Assembly (NCBI RefSeq): GCF_030013595.1
Contig: NZ_CP122768.1
Source: Escherichia coli
Lineage (GTDB): Bacteria > Pseudomonadota > Gammaproteobacteria > Enterobacterales > Enterobacteriaceae
Length of the DNA: 64,000 bases
Strand: one strand, 5' to 3'
Shown here: one piece after another, positions 12,835 to 25,489 of the stretch
How positions within the stretch are numbered: the stretch's first letter is position 1
Layout: every line of letters starts with the position of its first letter
The notes under the pieces: generated by a model
Told to the model about the DNA's origin: nothing
Databases searched by the model: none
What the model saw: the letters and a program-made list of their open reading frames with translations, nothing else
Program-made: the position numbers and the translations under genes

Positions 12835-12974
12835 TTTTGCCTCAATTTTGCTCAATCACTTGTTTTTAAAGCAGCAAATTAAGAATAGACGTGAATGAAA
12901 TGGCAGTAAATATTCGTTCAAGGAATTAATAAAGTGCCGTGAAGGCGCGCTAAGACTGATGACAAGCGCAAAAT

Positions 12975-13071
12975 CGCCAGATGCGCTACGCTTATCTGGC
13001 CTACGCGGCATTGTAACATATTGAATATAAACGTTTTGTAGGTTGGAGAAAACGTTTACGCCGCATCCGAC
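12975..13071. repeat. BIME (two REP units)
   Basis: CGCCAGATGCGCTACGCTTATCTGGCCTACG ... GTAGGTTGGAGAAAACGTTTACGCCGCATCCGAC. Confidence 0.8.
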
Positions 13072-13125
13072 ATAAATAACACGCACTTAGCTAATAATCA
13101 GAGGCACCTCGTAAGGTGCCTTTTT

Positions 13126-14112
13126 TTAACCGAAGCGAACATCTCGTCCATGCGGTTCATCGAGATCCTGCCACGGACCAATTGAAATAATCCCCGTAGG
13201 GTTGATGGTCTTATGGCTGCGGAAGTAGTGATTACGGATGTGTTCGAAATTGACAGTTTCGGCAATCCCCGGCATCTGGTAGATATCGCGCAGGAAACCA
13301 TACAGGTTCAGGTAATCGCTGATGCGGTGCTTATCACACTTGAAGTGGGTGACATACACCGGATCAAAACGCACCAGCGTGGTCCACAGGCGAATATCGG
13401 CTTCGGTTAGCTGGTTGCCGGTCAGGTAACGATGCTGGCCTAAAATCTGCTCCAGTCGCGCCAGCGATTCAAACACTTTCACTACCGCCTCGTCGTAGGC
13501 TTGCTGGCTGGTGGCAAAACCGGCTTTATACACGCCATTGTTAACGGTGTCATAAATCCAGGCGTTAAGTTCGTCAATTTTCGGTTGCAGGGCTGGTGGG
13601 TAGTAATCACCAGCTTTCGCGCCCAGCGCATCAAACGCGGTATTGAACATGCGGATGATTTCTGCTGATTCGTTGCTGACGATGGTGTGGTTCTTTTTGT
13701 CCCACAGCACGGGAACAGTAACTCGTCCGCTGTAGTGTGGATCGGCGTGGAGATAAAGCTGATACAGAAATTCATGTTGATAGAGCGTATCTCCGGTTGC
13801 TCCCGGAAAACTGTCATCAAAGGTCCAGCCGTTTTCCAGCATCAGCGGGTTCACTACGGAAACGGAAATAAATGGTTCCAGTCCTTTGAGTTTACGCATG
13901 ATCAGCGTACGGTGCGCCCACGGGCAGGCGAGTGAAACATAGAGATGATAACGATCTTTCTCTGCGGTAAAACCGCCTATGCCAGTGGGGCCAGGAGTGC
14001 CATCGGCAGTGAGCCAGTTACGAAATGCGGAAGCTGAACGTTGAAATTTACCGCCGGTGGATTTGGTATCGTACCAGGTGTCATGCCAGACGCCGTCAAT
14101 CAGTTGACCCAT
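13126..14112 (-). CDS. yqjG: glutathionyl-hydroquinone reductase (Xi-class GST) YqjG
   Basis: 328 aa from MGQLIDGVWHDTWYD. The CPWAHR active-site motif is visible. Confidence 0.93.
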   Translation of the reverse strand: MGQLIDGVWHDTWYDTKSTGGKFQRSASAFRNWLTADGTPGPTGIGGFTAEKDRYHLYVSLACPWAHRTLIMRKLKGLEPFISVSVVNPLMLENGWTFDDSFPGATGDTLYQHEFLYQLYLHADPHYSGRVTVPVLWDKKNHTIVSNESAEIIRMFNTAFDALGAKAGDYYPPALQPKIDELNAWIYDTVNNGVYKAGFATSQQAYDEAVVKVFESLARLEQILGQHRYLTGNQLTEADIRLWTTLVRFDPVYVTHFKCDKHRISDYLNLYGFLRDIYQMPGIAETVNFEHIRNHYFRSHKTINPTGIISIGPWQDLDEPHGRDVRFG

Positions 14113-14131
14113 ATTTCTCTCCTCCAATAGC

Positions 14132-14160
14132 AAAAACGAGGAGTTTCCTCCTCGTTTTTT
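14132..14160 (-). terminator. intrinsic terminator after yqjF (hairpin flanked by A5 and T6, potentially bidirectional)
   Basis: CGAGGAG-TTTC-CTCCTCG, flanked by AAAAA and TTTTTT. Confidence 0.7.
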
Positions 14161-14181
14161 ATCGTTAAGTATAGCGCGTGC

Positions 14182-14574
14182 TTACCACTTTTTATTCAGC
14201 AGGCGGTCGATGCTATACGCGCCCGGACCGGTAATTGCCAGCAGCAGGAATCCGCCAGAAATTGTCAGGTTTTTCATGAACATCAGCGAGTTGACGCCTT
14301 CAGCAAAGTTGCTGTGAAATAAAAATGCCGTCAGCAGCGTAAAGCCCGCAGTAAACAGGGCTGTGGTGCGAGTCAGGAAACCAAACAGGATTGCCAGACC
14401 ACCACCAAACTCAAGCAGAATCACCAGCGGCAGCATAAAGCCTGGGACACCCATCGCTTCCATATATTGTTGGGTACCCGCGTAGCCAGTAATTTTTCCC
14501 CAGCCTGCGGTAATAAACAGAATCGGCATTAAAATGCGCGCTACCAGTACACCAACATCTTCTAATTTTTTCAT
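14182..14574 (-). CDS. yqjF: DoxX-family inner-membrane protein YqjF
   Basis: 130 aa from MKKLEDVGVLVARILMPILF, within ORF 14182..14664. Confidence 0.88.
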   Translation of the reverse strand: MKKLEDVGVLVARILMPILFITAGWGKITGYAGTQQYMEAMGVPGFMLPLVILLEFGGGLAILFGFLTRTTALFTAGFTLLTAFLFHSNFAEGVNSLMFMKNLTISGGFLLLAITGPGAYSIDRLLNKKW

Positions 14575-14760
14575 CATACTCTCCACTGCGCCACTCAGGC
14601 TGCTGATTGTTTTTTTGTGCAAGGGCGCGGTATTAGCGTCGTTGCTGTCGATGGAGAGAATCATAAACGTGGTGAATGATGATTGTTAGCAAGGAAAACT
14701 GTCAAAAATCTTCAAAAAATTTGAGGGATAAGGCCGGAATGGCTCCGGCCAGAGAGGTTA

Positions 14761-15060
14761 TTAACCGCGAAGCTGTTGCTGCTTGAGGGTCGTTTTAACC
14801 AGACGCCAGGCGCTCCATAAGCCAAAACCGCGTCTGGCCCAGCGGACCAGCATATTAGGATGGCGAATCGTCCAGATCGCCATCACGCTACTGCCAACCA
14901 GCGCCCAGGAGCGCAGACTTAGCAGCATATTCCAGCGACGATCGTAAGCGCCTGTTGCCTCCAGCCATTCACGACGACTGGCAGAAAGATCCAGCCGTTG
15001 TTGCTGGATCTGGCTAAGCAGTTGCGCCTTACGTCGTTCACGTTCGACTTTACTGCTCAC
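14761..15060 (-). CDS. yqjK: small membrane protein YqjK
   Basis: 99 aa from the GTG at 15060 (SSKVERERRKAQLL...). It overlaps the yqjE stop. Confidence 0.8.
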   Translation of the reverse strand: MSSKVERERRKAQLLSQIQQQRLDLSASRREWLEATGAYDRRWNMLLSLRSWALVGSSVMAIWTIRHPNMLVRWARRGFGLWSAWRLVKTTLKQQQLRG

Positions 15061-15454
15061 GGGACTCCTCCTCGAGCAGCTGCCGATCGTTTGCCAGCTC
15101 ATGGCGTGTATGGCGCAGCAAGGTGGATTTACGCGATTTACGTAACGTCCAGATACCGCCAATCAGTGCCAGTAGCAGCAACACCACGGTGGTGGCAATC
15201 ATCGCATTCAGGCGATATTGCGGATCAACCGCCCAAATAATCAGCACCATCAGGCTCATAAGACCAAATGCAGCGAAAAGCATCGTCAGGCCCAGCATCA
15301 GTAAAAGTTGAAAGAGATTCGCTTTTTCCTCTTCCAGCTCCACCACCGCCAGCCGCAGACGTGTTTCCACCATTTCAACCATGATGGAAACAATTCGCTG
15401 CCCGATGCCCAGAACGCTTTTACCGGGCCCTTGCGCGTGATGAGTGTCCGCCAT
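15050..15454 (-). CDS. yqjE: inner-membrane protein YqjE (DUF1469)
   Basis: 134 aa from MADTHHAQGPGKSVLGIGQR. Confidence 0.88.
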   Translation of the reverse strand: MADTHHAQGPGKSVLGIGQRIVSIMVEMVETRLRLAVVELEEEKANLFQLLLMLGLTMLFAAFGLMSLMVLIIWAVDPQYRLNAMIATTVVLLLLALIGGIWTLRKSRKSTLLRHTRHELANDRQLLEEESREQ

Positions 15455-15456
15455 AA

Positions 15457-15762
15457 TTAACGACGCGACAGCAGAACGCCGAGCACTACACCGATTGCAG
15501 CGCCAATGCCCACGCCCGTCCATGGATTTTCACGCACATACTCATCGGCACGCGCTGCCGCAACACGGGTTTGTTTGGCGATGGCATCACCGGTTTCACC
15601 CAGGCGATAACGGCTCTGTTTCAGTGCCTGCTCCGCTTTGCTACGAATCTTACTCAACTCTTCTTTCGACTTCTCGCCAGATGAGCTAAGCACCTCTTCC
15701 AGCGTATCGGAAAGGGATTTCAACTCAGCACGCAGATGTTCCGTAGTGTGTTCTTTCGACAT
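15457..15762 (-). CDS. yqjD: membrane-anchored ribosome-binding protein YqjD (ElaB/YgaM family)
   Basis: 101-aa ORF with a C-terminal TM segment (WTGVGIGAAIGVVLGVLL). Confidence 0.9.
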   Translation of the reverse strand: MSKEHTTEHLRAELKSLSDTLEEVLSSSGEKSKEELSKIRSKAEQALKQSRYRLGETGDAIAKQTRVAAARADEYVRENPWTGVGIGAAIGVVLGVLLSRR

Positions 15763-15799
15763 AGTTTTCTCCAGGTGAGTAAGTAGTGACTATTGTGAG

Positions 15800-16168
15800 T
15801 TAGTAGTCGCGCGCTTCCAGCTTTTTCAGCTCTTCCTGCGCTTCTGCCAGTTTCCGTTCGCGTTTGGCAATCTTATCGGCATCGCCTTTTTGCTTCGCCT
15901 CGGTTAAATCTTGCTGGCGTTCCGCCACCTCATCTTTCTGCTTTGCGATTTTCTTCTGATGATCGGCACGTAGCTGGCTATCTGAACAGTTGGCCCGGAC
16001 TTCACTCAGGGCTTTATTCAGACCGTCAATACGATTCTGGTTTTGGTGTTTTTCGGCATAGCTGATCTCCTTAAGGATATTTTGCTCCTTTTCCTGACAC
16101 AGGGTAGTGGCATAACTACCGGCACTAAGAGCAAAAAGAGAAACAGCTAAAGCGATGCGGTATTTCAT
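15800..16168 (-). CDS. yqjC: periplasmic DUF1090 protein YqjC
   Basis: 122 aa from MKYRIALAVSLFALSAGSYA (signal peptide). Confidence 0.88.
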   Translation of the reverse strand: MKYRIALAVSLFALSAGSYATTLCQEKEQNILKEISYAEKHQNQNRIDGLNKALSEVRANCSDSQLRADHQKKIAKQKDEVAERQQDLTEAKQKGDADKIAKRERKLAEAQEELKKLEARDY

Positions 16169-16314
16169 TCTTGAACCTTCCATTGTGATTCGGACCTATT
16201 ACAAAGGAACGATTGTCCAGACAACGAAGCGGTAGTGTTAACCACCGCCTCATTAATCATAGACAGTTACGGTGAAATCACCAAAGTCAGTGATATGTTT
16301 CGGATAACAGGAAG

Positions 16315-16698
16315 TTATCCGAAGCGATGAGAGTTATCCCGCAACCGGGTCAGCCACTGCATAGCCTGACTATTATTGTCCTGCTGCGCGATGATGTAGC
16401 CATGGGGCAATGTTCTGTCGAGGACCGCTTTTGCGGCGGCACTCTGGTCGCTGGAGTCAAAGGTAATTAACAGAGTGTCATTTTTGGGGGTGATACTTTT
16501 GAAAGGAATGCCGTGAGCGTCAAGGTGATGCCAGATTGAAAAACCGTCTGGCATCGTTGTCCCTTGATGAACGGCACGAATCGCCAGCGTAGACTCTTGC
16601 TGGCGAACCGCGGACCAGGCCAGCAACAGTGTGCCGACCAGAAGTAAAACAGCGCCGGACCAGGCTAGCTGGCGAAGCGACATGCGAGGTATTTGCAT
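16315..16698 (-). CDS. mzrA: EnvZ/OmpR modulator MzrA
   Basis: 127-aa ORF recognised as YqjB/MzrA. Confidence 0.9.
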   Translation of the reverse strand: MQIPRMSLRQLAWSGAVLLLVGTLLLAWSAVRQQESTLAIRAVHQGTTMPDGFSIWHHLDAHGIPFKSITPKNDTLLITFDSSDQSAAAKAVLDRTLPHGYIIAQQDNNSQAMQWLTRLRDNSHRFG

Positions 16699-16701
16699 CC
16701 C

Positions 16702-17364
16702 TTACCCCCGATTTCCATATTTCTTTTTCCATAACACGACCAGAGAACCTGCCAGGCCAAACACCAGCAGCACCACCGGGAGCAGCATCAGGCATGACAT
16801 CAGCTGGTCCTCGTACTTTAAAAATACCGGCGTTTTGCCGAGCATGTAACCCAGAGTTGTCAGGATCAATACCCACAGCAGACCGCTCATCCAGTTGAAG
16901 AACTGAAAGCGCGCGTTATTCAGCCCTGATAATCCGGCAATCGTCGGCAGCAGTGTTCTGACAAATGCAATAAAGCGACCAATTAACAGCGCCGATAAAC
17001 CGTGTTTATGAAAAAGATGGTGTGCGCGTTGATGATAATGCGCGGGTAAATGAGATAGCCAGTTTTGTACGGTGCGGGTATTGCCCAACCATCGCCCCTG
17101 AATATAGCTGACCCAGCAACCGAGGCTGGCGGCAACGGTCAGCAGCAGAATCGTTTGCGGATAGCCCATCGCGCCTTTCGCAATCAATACGCCGACCAAC
17201 ACCAGTAAACTGTCGCCCGGTAAAAAGGCCGCCGGAAGCAAGCCGTTTTCAAGGAACAAAATTACAAACAAGACAAAATACAACATGCCAATCATCGACG
17301 GATTGGCCAGGGTTTCAAAATCCTGCGCCCACAGGGCTTGCAGCAATTGGGTCAAAAGTTCCAT
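16702..17364 (-). CDS. yqjA: DedA-family inner-membrane protein YqjA
   Basis: 220-aa multi-TM ORF recognised as YqjA. Confidence 0.92.
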   Translation of the reverse strand: MELLTQLLQALWAQDFETLANPSMIGMLYFVLFVILFLENGLLPAAFLPGDSLLVLVGVLIAKGAMGYPQTILLLTVAASLGCWVSYIQGRWLGNTRTVQNWLSHLPAHYHQRAHHLFHKHGLSALLIGRFIAFVRTLLPTIAGLSGLNNARFQFFNWMSGLLWVLILTTLGYMLGKTPVFLKYEDQLMSCLMLLPVVLLVFGLAGSLVVLWKKKYGNRG

Positions 17365-17664
17365 TCATTATTCCTGGTGAATCGGTTAACGCCACGCTGG
17401 TTTTAAAAGATGCACTACCGCAATGTTATTGCTGTTTTGGTATGTTTTGCGGGTTTGATACATCAACACAGCCTGAACTATTCCCTGTTAAATCGTGAGA
17501 TAAGAAAGCATTCAAAAGCATAAATTCAAATTGAATCTAATTGTAACAAAGGTCAACGTTGTTCGTTATCAAAATTACATGTCCGTGGAGTCTGATTTTG
17601 CTGATTGCAGGGGAGGGTGGCGAGAGGATTTACACAGGCTGACACTTTATACTTTTCGCTTACC

Positions 17665-17696
17665 GACGAAGCAAACAGGCGCATTGCAGCGCCTGT
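17665..17696 (-). terminator. hairpin terminator after exuR
   Basis: ACAGGCGC-ATTGCA-GCGCCTGT (8-bp stem), followed on the minus strand by TTGCTTCG. Confidence 0.55.
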
Positions 17697-17708
17697 CGGA
17701 TGGAAATT

Positions 17709-18485
17709 TCATTTGCTGCCGCTGGTGGCCGTATCGAGATGCACAACCGGGTTTTCTGCGAACAGATAGCGGTCGGCATTGAACTCGAAATCGTCGCTGG
17801 TTTCGTTAAATAACATGATTTTGGTGTTTTCCAGATGCTGCCACATTGCCAGCTTAGCAGCATGAGGATCTTTGCGAATTAACGCCTTGAGGATCTGATC
17901 GTGGTCATCGCACCAGTTATCGACAGTACGGGCATCAATGTGTTCGTGTAGTTTTTTCCAGTACGGGTTATGGCTACGTTGGGTCCACATTTTTTCAACG
18001 ATAGCCGCCAGGGCGGAGTTCTGCGTCGCCAGGGCTACCTGAATGTGGAACTGCAAATCCCACTCGGAATCACGGAAGCATTGTTCGCCGCGCGCCTGCT
18101 CCTGGATGGCCATCAATTTCATGATGTCCTGTTTCGTTACCTGAGTTGCCGCGAACTCGGCAATATTACTTTCGATGAGCTGGCGAGCCTGGAGCAACTC
18201 AAACGGACCGTAATTGGCGAATTCCATATTATTGTCCGCCGCCTGCTGATGACGCGGCTGGTTGGAAACCACGTGAATACCTGAACCTTTACGCACCTCC
18301 ACATAGCCTTCAACTTCCAGCATGATGATGGCTTCACGAACTACCGTACGGCTGACGTTCTTTTCATCGGCAATAAAGCGCTCAGCAGGCAGTTTATCAC
18401 CCACCAGATAGACGCCCTGTTCGATGCGCTCTTTCAGATCAGCGGCAAGTTGTTGATACAAACGGCGTGGTTCAGTGATTTCCAT
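17709..18485 (-). CDS. exuR: GntR/FadR-family hexuronate regulon repressor ExuR
   Basis: 258 aa from [21 protein letters not shown]. Confidence 0.93.
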   Translation of the reverse strand: MEITEPRRLYQQLAADLKERIEQGVYLVGDKLPAERFIADEKNVSRTVVREAIIMLEVEGYVEVRKGSGIHVVSNQPRHQQAADNNMEFANYGPFELLQARQLIESNIAEFAATQVTKQDIMKLMAIQEQARGEQCFRDSEWDLQFHIQVALATQNSALAAIVEKMWTQRSHNPYWKKLHEHIDARTVDNWCDDHDQILKALIRKDPHAAKLAMWQHLENTKIMLFNETSDDFEFNADRYLFAENPVVHLDTATSGSK

Positions 18486-18513
18486 ATGCGCTCCAGGCAT
18501 GATACGGCAGACT

Positions 18514-18533
18514 ATATTTGTTATACCACTTTT
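18514..18533. promoter_or_regulatory. candidate ExuR/UxuR operator upstream of exuR
   Basis: ATATTTGTTATACCACTTTT resembles the remembered AAATTGGTATACCAATTT-type palindrome. Confidence 0.45.
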
Positions 18534-18558
18534 GCGAGTTTAGCTCTACTCACAGTGA

Positions 18559-18585
18559 TGAAAAAGCCGCCTGAGAAGGCGGCTT
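18559..18585 (-). terminator. intrinsic terminator after exuT
   Basis: AAGCCGCC-TGAGAA-GGCGGCTT, with T5 downstream on the minus strand. Confidence 0.8.
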
Positions 18586-18614
18586 TGAAGGGAAACTAAA
18601 ACTTACACGAAGCC

Positions 18615-19913
18615 TTAATGTTGCGGTGCAGGATCGTTATGTGTTTCCTGCGCCACCTCAATCGCCGGTTTGTTCTGCAACACGGTCCAGATAACCAGTG
18701 CACCCAGCAGGTCGAATACTGCCAGAACTGCGAACAGCGGGCTGAAGCCGATGGTGTCAGCCAGTGCACCGACAACCAGCGCAAACAGCGTACTTGCCAG
18801 CCATGCGGACATCCCGGTTAAACCGTTCGCCGTCGCCACTTCGTTACGACCGAACACGTCAGAAGAGAGCGTAATCAGCGCGCCAGACAGTGCCTGGTGA
18901 GCAAAACCACCGATACACAGCAGCATAATTGCGACATACGGGTTGGTGAACAAACCGATCATACCCGGGCCAATCATCAGCACTGCACCCAGCGTTACGA
19001 CCATCTTACGGGAAACGATCAGGTTCACACCAAACCAACGCTGGAACAGCGGCGGCAGGTAACCACCGAGGATACAACCGAGGTCAGCAAACAGCATCGG
19101 CATCCAGGCGAACATCGCAATCTCTTTCAGGTTAAAGCCGTAAACTTTAAACATGAACAGCGGGATCCACGCGTTAAAAGTACCCCAGGCCGGTTCTGCC
19201 AGGAAACGCGGCAGCGCGATACCCCAGAACTGACGGTTACGCAGGATCTGACCAACGGACATTTTCTTCGCCGTGCTCACCTGGTGCTGGGCTTCCTGAC
19301 CATTAATAATATAGTCGCGTTCTTCATCGGTCAGATGCTTCTGGTCGCGCGGATGTTTATAGAAAATCAGCCATGCCATCGCCCAGATAAAGCTCAATGC
19401 ACCGGAGATGATAAATGCCATCTGCCAGCTGTGCATTACGATTGCCCATACCACCAGCGGCGGTGCAATCATCGCACCAATCGAAGAACCTACGTTAAAG
19501 TAACCTACCGCGATGGAACGCTCTTTCGCCGGGAACCATTCGGAGCTGGCTTTCAGACCCGCCGGGATCATCGCTGCTTCCGCGGCACCGACCGCACCAC
19601 GAGCAACAGCCAGGCCGCCCCAGCTACCTGCCAGCGCGGTTGCACCACAGAACACGGCCCACAGCACAGCAAACATTGCATAACCGATTTTCGTACCCAG
19701 CACATCCAGTACATAACCTGCTACCGGTTGCATGACCGTATAAGCAGCAGAATAGGCTGCGATGATATAGGAATACTGTTGGGTGGAGATGTTTAACTCT
19801 TCCATCAGAGTTGGCGCAGCTGCCGCCACAGTGTTACGCGTCAGGTAACCAAGCACGGTGCCGAGCGTCACCAGTGCGATCATATACCAACGTAACCCTT
19901 TAATTTTACGCAT
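18615..19913 (-). CDS. exuT: MFS hexuronate transporter ExuT
   Basis: 432 aa from MRKIKGLRWYMIALVTLG. The longer 472-aa ORF is taken to be an upstream extension. Confidence 0.92.
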   Translation of the reverse strand: MRKIKGLRWYMIALVTLGTVLGYLTRNTVAAAAPTLMEELNISTQQYSYIIAAYSAAYTVMQPVAGYVLDVLGTKIGYAMFAVLWAVFCGATALAGSWGGLAVARGAVGAAEAAMIPAGLKASSEWFPAKERSIAVGYFNVGSSIGAMIAPPLVVWAIVMHSWQMAFIISGALSFIWAMAWLIFYKHPRDQKHLTDEERDYIINGQEAQHQVSTAKKMSVGQILRNRQFWGIALPRFLAEPAWGTFNAWIPLFMFKVYGFNLKEIAMFAWMPMLFADLGCILGGYLPPLFQRWFGVNLIVSRKMVVTLGAVLMIGPGMIGLFTNPYVAIMLLCIGGFAHQALSGALITLSSDVFGRNEVATANGLTGMSAWLASTLFALVVGALADTIGFSPLFAVLAVFDLLGALVIWTVLQNKPAIEVAQETHNDPAPQH

Positions 19914-20144
19914 GTAAAACCTCATCGTTTTGTTATATCCGCAGGAAGCGCGGCCATCATCCCGCCAGAGGCTGAAGATGTTAGTTACGACCGGGTAACC
20001 GAAAAAAAACCGGCACGCCCCGAACGTTGCCATGAAAGTTTCGTGCTAATTCGGCTTCCGTACCGGTTAACCCGATTCATCTAACAAATGAATGAATCGG
20101 CAATTTGCATTCCGTCGACTTATGATTTGCGACGGCAGAAAGAT

Positions 20145-20162
20145 AACTTGTCATACAACTTT
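20145..20162. promoter_or_regulatory. candidate ExuR operator in the exuT-uxaC divergent region
   Basis: AACTTGTCATACAACTTT pseudo-palindrome (TTGT.ATAC.AA core). Confidence 0.45.
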
Positions 20163-20293
20163 AAAAGGTGAGAGCCATCACAAATGTGGGAATATTTGTA
20201 GGGACATTACCTGACGACAGCGAGGCCAGTACTGGCGCGGCCTGCAGCGAGATTTACCACTTTGAGAGTAATTTTTTTAACTACGTTTATTGA

Positions 20294-21808
<1,515 letters not shown>

Positions 21809-21822
21809 GGTCTGGGGTTGAT

Positions 21823-23310
21823 ATGCAATACATCAAGATCCATGCGCTGGATAACGTCGCGGTCGCTTTAGCAGATTTGGCTGAAGGCACAGAAGTCAGT
21901 GTCGATAACCAGGCTGTTACGCTGCGCCAGGATGTTGCTCGTGGACATAAATTTGCGTTAACGGATATCGCAAAAGGGGCCAACGTCATCAAATATGGCC
22001 TGCCGATTGGTTATGCATTGGCGGATATTGCGGCGGGGGAACACGTTCACGCCCACAATACGCGCACGAATCTGAGCGATCTGGATCAGTATCGCTATCA
22101 ACCTGATTTTCAGGATCTGCCTGCGCAAGCGGCAGATCGTGAAGTGCAGATCTATCGTCGCGCTAACGGCGATGTCGGGGTGCGCAATGAGCTGTGGATC
22201 CTGCCAACCGTGGGCTGTGTCAACGGCATCGCGCGGCAGATCCAAAATCGTTTCCTGAAAGAGACCAACAACGCTGAAGGTACCGACGGCGTGTTCCTCT
22301 TCAGCCACACCTACGGCTGCTCACAGCTGGGCGACGATCACATTAATACCCGCACCATGCTGCAAAATATGGTGCGCCACCCGAACGCGGGCGCAGTGCT
22401 GGTGATTGGCCTGGGTTGTGAAAACAACCAGGTTGCCGCATTCCGTGAAACGCTGGGCGATATCGATCCTGAACGCGTTCATTTCATGATCTGCCAACAG
22501 CAGGATGATGAGATCGAAGCCGGGATCGAGCATTTGCATCAGCTGTATAGCGTGATGCGCAACGATAAACGCGAACCGGGCAAACTCAGCGAACTGAAGT
22601 TTGGTCTGGAGTGCGGTGGTTCTGACGGTCTTTCTGGTATTACTGCTAACCCGATGCTGGGGCGTTTCTCTGACTACGTGATTGCTAACGGTGGTACTAC
22701 CGTACTGACCGAAGTGCCGGAGATGTTTGGCGCAGAGCAGTTGCTGATGGACCATTGCCGCGACGAAGCAACGTTTGAAAAACTGGTCACCATGGTCAAC
22801 GACTTCAAACAGTACTTTATTGCCCATGACCAGCCGATCTACGAAAACCCATCACCGGGGAACAAAGCGGGCGGTATCACCACGCTGGAAGACAAATCAC
22901 TTGGCTGTACCCAGAAAGCGGGTTCCAGTGTCGTGGTTGACGTGCTGCGTTACGGCGAGCGTCTGAAAACGCCGGGGCTGAACTTGTTAAGTGCGCCGGG
23001 TAACGATGCCGTAGCGACCAGCGCCCTGGCGGGTGCGGGCTGTCATATGGTGCTGTTCAGTACTGGTCGTGGCACGCCGTATGGTGGATTTGTGCCGACG
23101 GTGAAAATCGCCACCAACAGTGAACTGGCGGCGAAGAAAAAACACTGGATCGACTTTGACGCGGGTCAGCTGATCCACGGTAAAGCGATGCCGCAGTTGC
23201 TGGAAGAATTCATCGATACCATCGTTGAGTTTGCCAACGGTAAGCAAACCTGTAACGAGCGTAACGACTTCCGCGAACTGGCGATCTTCAAAAGCGGCGT
23301 AACGCTATAA
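21823..23310 (+). CDS. uxaA: altronate dehydratase UxaA
   Basis: 495-aa ORF recognised as UxaA. Confidence 0.95.
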   Translation: MQYIKIHALDNVAVALADLAEGTEVSVDNQAVTLRQDVARGHKFALTDIAKGANVIKYGLPIGYALADIAAGEHVHAHNTRTNLSDLDQYRYQPDFQDLPAQAADREVQIYRRANGDVGVRNELWILPTVGCVNGIARQIQNRFLKETNNAEGTDGVFLFSHTYGCSQLGDDHINTRTMLQNMVRHPNAGAVLVIGLGCENNQVAAFRETLGDIDPERVHFMICQQQDDEIEAGIEHLHQLYSVMRNDKREPGKLSELKFGLECGGSDGLSGITANPMLGRFSDYVIANGGTTVLTEVPEMFGAEQLLMDHCRDEATFEKLVTMVNDFKQYFIAHDQPIYENPSPGNKAGGITTLEDKSLGCTQKAGSSVVVDVLRYGERLKTPGLNLLSAPGNDAVATSALAGAGCHMVLFSTGRGTPYGGFVPTVKIATNSELAAKKKHWIDFDAGQLIHGKAMPQLLEEFIDTIVEFANGKQTCNERNDFRELAIFKSGVTL

Positions 23311-23333
23311 AGTCGAAATGAGTTGTTAATAAA

Positions 23334-23370
23334 AAACGGCGTTTCATAATGTGAAGCGCCGTTTGCTTTT
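23334..23370 (+). terminator. hairpin terminator after uxaA
   Basis: AAACGGCG...CGCCGTTT (8-bp stem, 15-nt loop), followed by GCTTTT. Confidence 0.5.
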
Positions 23371-23392
23371 CCAGACCTGCTAAGGATTTATC

Positions 23393-23944
23393 ATGACCGC
23401 GTATTGGCTGGCCCAGGGCGTGGGTGTCATCGCCTTTCTGATTGGTATCACAACATTTTTCAATCGTGACGAACGTCGCTTCAAAAAGCAGCTTTCGGTC
23501 TATAGCGCCGTTATTGGCGTACATTTTTTTCTTCTGGGCACCTATCCCGCCGGTGCCAGTGCCATCCTTAATGCCATTCGTACATTGATTACCTTACGCA
23601 CGCGCAGCTTATGGGTAATGGCGATTTTTATTGTGCTGACTGGCGGAATTGGCCTCGCGAAGTTCCATCATCCTGTCGAACTATTGCCGGTTATCGGCAC
23701 GATTGTCAGTACCTGGGCGCTATTCCGCTGTAAAGGGCTGACCATGCGCTGCGTAATGTGGTTTTCAACGTGTTGCTGGGTGATTCACAACTTCTGGGCG
23801 GGGTCGATAGGCGGCACGATGATTGAGGGTAGTTTTCTGCTGATGAATGGTCTGAATATCATTCGTTTCTGGCGGATGCAGAAAAGGGGAATTGATCCGT
23901 TTAAAGTAGAGAAAACCCCTTCCGCCGTAGACGAAAGGGGTTAA
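23393..23944 (+). CDS. ygjV: inner-membrane protein YgjV
   Basis: 183-aa multi-TM ORF. Confidence 0.88.
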   Translation: MTAYWLAQGVGVIAFLIGITTFFNRDERRFKKQLSVYSAVIGVHFFLLGTYPAGASAILNAIRTLITLRTRSLWVMAIFIVLTGGIGLAKFHHPVELLPVIGTIVSTWALFRCKGLTMRCVMWFSTCCWVIHNFWAGSIGGTMIEGSFLLMNGLNIIRFWRMQKRGIDPFKVEKTPSAVDERG

Positions 23945-23948
23945 ACAA

Positions 23949-25193
23949 TTAATTACGCAGGGCGCTATTTGCCAGACGATCGTCTTCTGCCTGGCAAGCT
24001 GCCGCAGTGAATAGCACGTCAGTTGAAGAGTTCAGCGCGGTTTCGCAAGAGTCCTGCAATACGCCGATGATAAAGCCGACGGCAACCACCTGCATGGCGA
24101 TATCGTTCGAAATACCGAACATATTACAGGCCAGTGGGATCAGCAGCAGAGACCCCCCCGCCACGCCGGATGCGCCACAGGCACACAGAGAAGCCACTAC
24201 GCTCAACAGCAGCGCTGTGGGCAGATCGACCGGAATACCCAGCGTATTAACCGCAGCCAGCGTCAACACGGTAATGGTGATTGCTGCGCCCGCCATATTG
24301 ATGGTGGCTCCCAGCGGAATAGAAACGGAATAGGTATCGCGATCCAGATTCAGCTTTTCACACAGCGCCATATTCACCGGAATGTTCGCTGCAGAGCTGC
24401 GGGTGAAGAAGGCATACACACCGCTTTCACGCAGGCACAGCAGCACCAGCGGGAACGGGTTACGACGAATTTTCCACCACACCAGCAATGGGTTAACCAC
24501 CAGCGCCACCAGTAACATACAGCCAACCAGCACGACCAGCAGTTGCGCGTAGCCCCACAGTGTGGAGAAACCGGTGGTTGCCAGGGTAGAAGAAACCAGA
24601 CCAAAAATACCGATCGGTGCGAAGCGAATGACCAGTTTCACCATAAAGGTGACGGCATTCGACATATCGTTGATCAGGTTTTTGGTGGTCTCGTTACCGT
24701 GACGCAGTGCGAAACCGAGGCCAATTGCCCACACCAGGATCCCGATGTAGTTACCTTTCAGCAGCGCGTCGATGGGGTTGGAAACCATGCTCATTACCAG
24801 CCCGCGCATCACTTCTACAATGCCTGACGGCGGCGAAATATCACCCGCGCTACTGGATAAGTGCAGGGTAGAAGGGAAGGCAAAGCTGAAGACTACTGCG
24901 GCCAGAGCAGCAGAGAAGGTGCCCAGCAGATAGAGGAACAAAATAGGGCGGATATTGGTTTTCTGCCCGTGCTGGTGGTTAGCAATAGATGCCATTACCA
25001 GCATCAACACCAGGATGGGGGCAACGGCTTTCAGTGCGCCGACGAACAAAGTACCTAACAGACCAACAGCTTCCGCCGCGGGTTTTGAGATCCATGCCAG
25101 AAGAATCCCCAGAACAAGGCCGACCAGGATTTGTTTTACCAGGCTGCCATGAGCCAGACGCCGGAATAGCCCCGGTGAACGTTGCGTAGTCAT
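23949..25193 (-). CDS. sstT: Na+/serine-threonine symporter SstT
   Basis: 414-aa ORF (DAACS family) recognised as SstT. Confidence 0.95.
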   Translation of the reverse strand: MTTQRSPGLFRRLAHGSLVKQILVGLVLGILLAWISKPAAEAVGLLGTLFVGALKAVAPILVLMLVMASIANHQHGQKTNIRPILFLYLLGTFSAALAAVVFSFAFPSTLHLSSSAGDISPPSGIVEVMRGLVMSMVSNPIDALLKGNYIGILVWAIGLGFALRHGNETTKNLINDMSNAVTFMVKLVIRFAPIGIFGLVSSTLATTGFSTLWGYAQLLVVLVGCMLLVALVVNPLLVWWKIRRNPFPLVLLCLRESGVYAFFTRSSAANIPVNMALCEKLNLDRDTYSVSIPLGATINMAGAAITITVLTLAAVNTLGIPVDLPTALLLSVVASLCACGASGVAGGSLLLIPLACNMFGISNDIAMQVVAVGFIIGVLQDSCETALNSSTDVLFTAAACQAEDDRLANSALRN

Positions 25194-25207
25194 TTTTCGA
25201 TCCTTTC

Positions 25208-25216
25208 ATTGTGTTG
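25208..25216 (-). promoter_or_regulatory. C/A-rich element just upstream of the sstT SD, a likely GcvB sRNA pairing site
   Basis: The minus strand reads GCGACAACACAAUGAAAGGAUCGAAAAAUG. sstT is a published GcvB target and GcvB binds C/A-rich 5' UTR sites. Confidence 0.5.
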
Positions 25217-25489
25217 TCGCACATCCCTGGTGCGTTCTGTCGACGCATCTTTCAGGATGTAACAAAGTGTTTGCAAGGTCGAGTATAAGGAAAGTTACAG
25301 CTTCGGGAAGCGAAAAATGCTGGATTTTAAAGAGAGGTCATATTTTGCAACTTAATGGTTACATTTATTTGACATAAACAGAGGGAAGGACTGGCTACTA
25401 AGGCTGATTAGATAACATATGGGCAAAACTATTTGGAATATGAGAACGGTTGCGCTCTTTTAATGTGCTATGCCATATAAAGTCACTGG

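Noticed and set aside
13102-13127. Hairpin AGGCACC-TCGTAA-GGTGCCT followed by T7, overlapping the yqjG stop codon.
   Set aside because: The T tract is on the plus strand, where no upstream gene needs terminating. On the minus strand the downstream tract is U-poor. The role is ambiguous, so it is not listed as a terminator.
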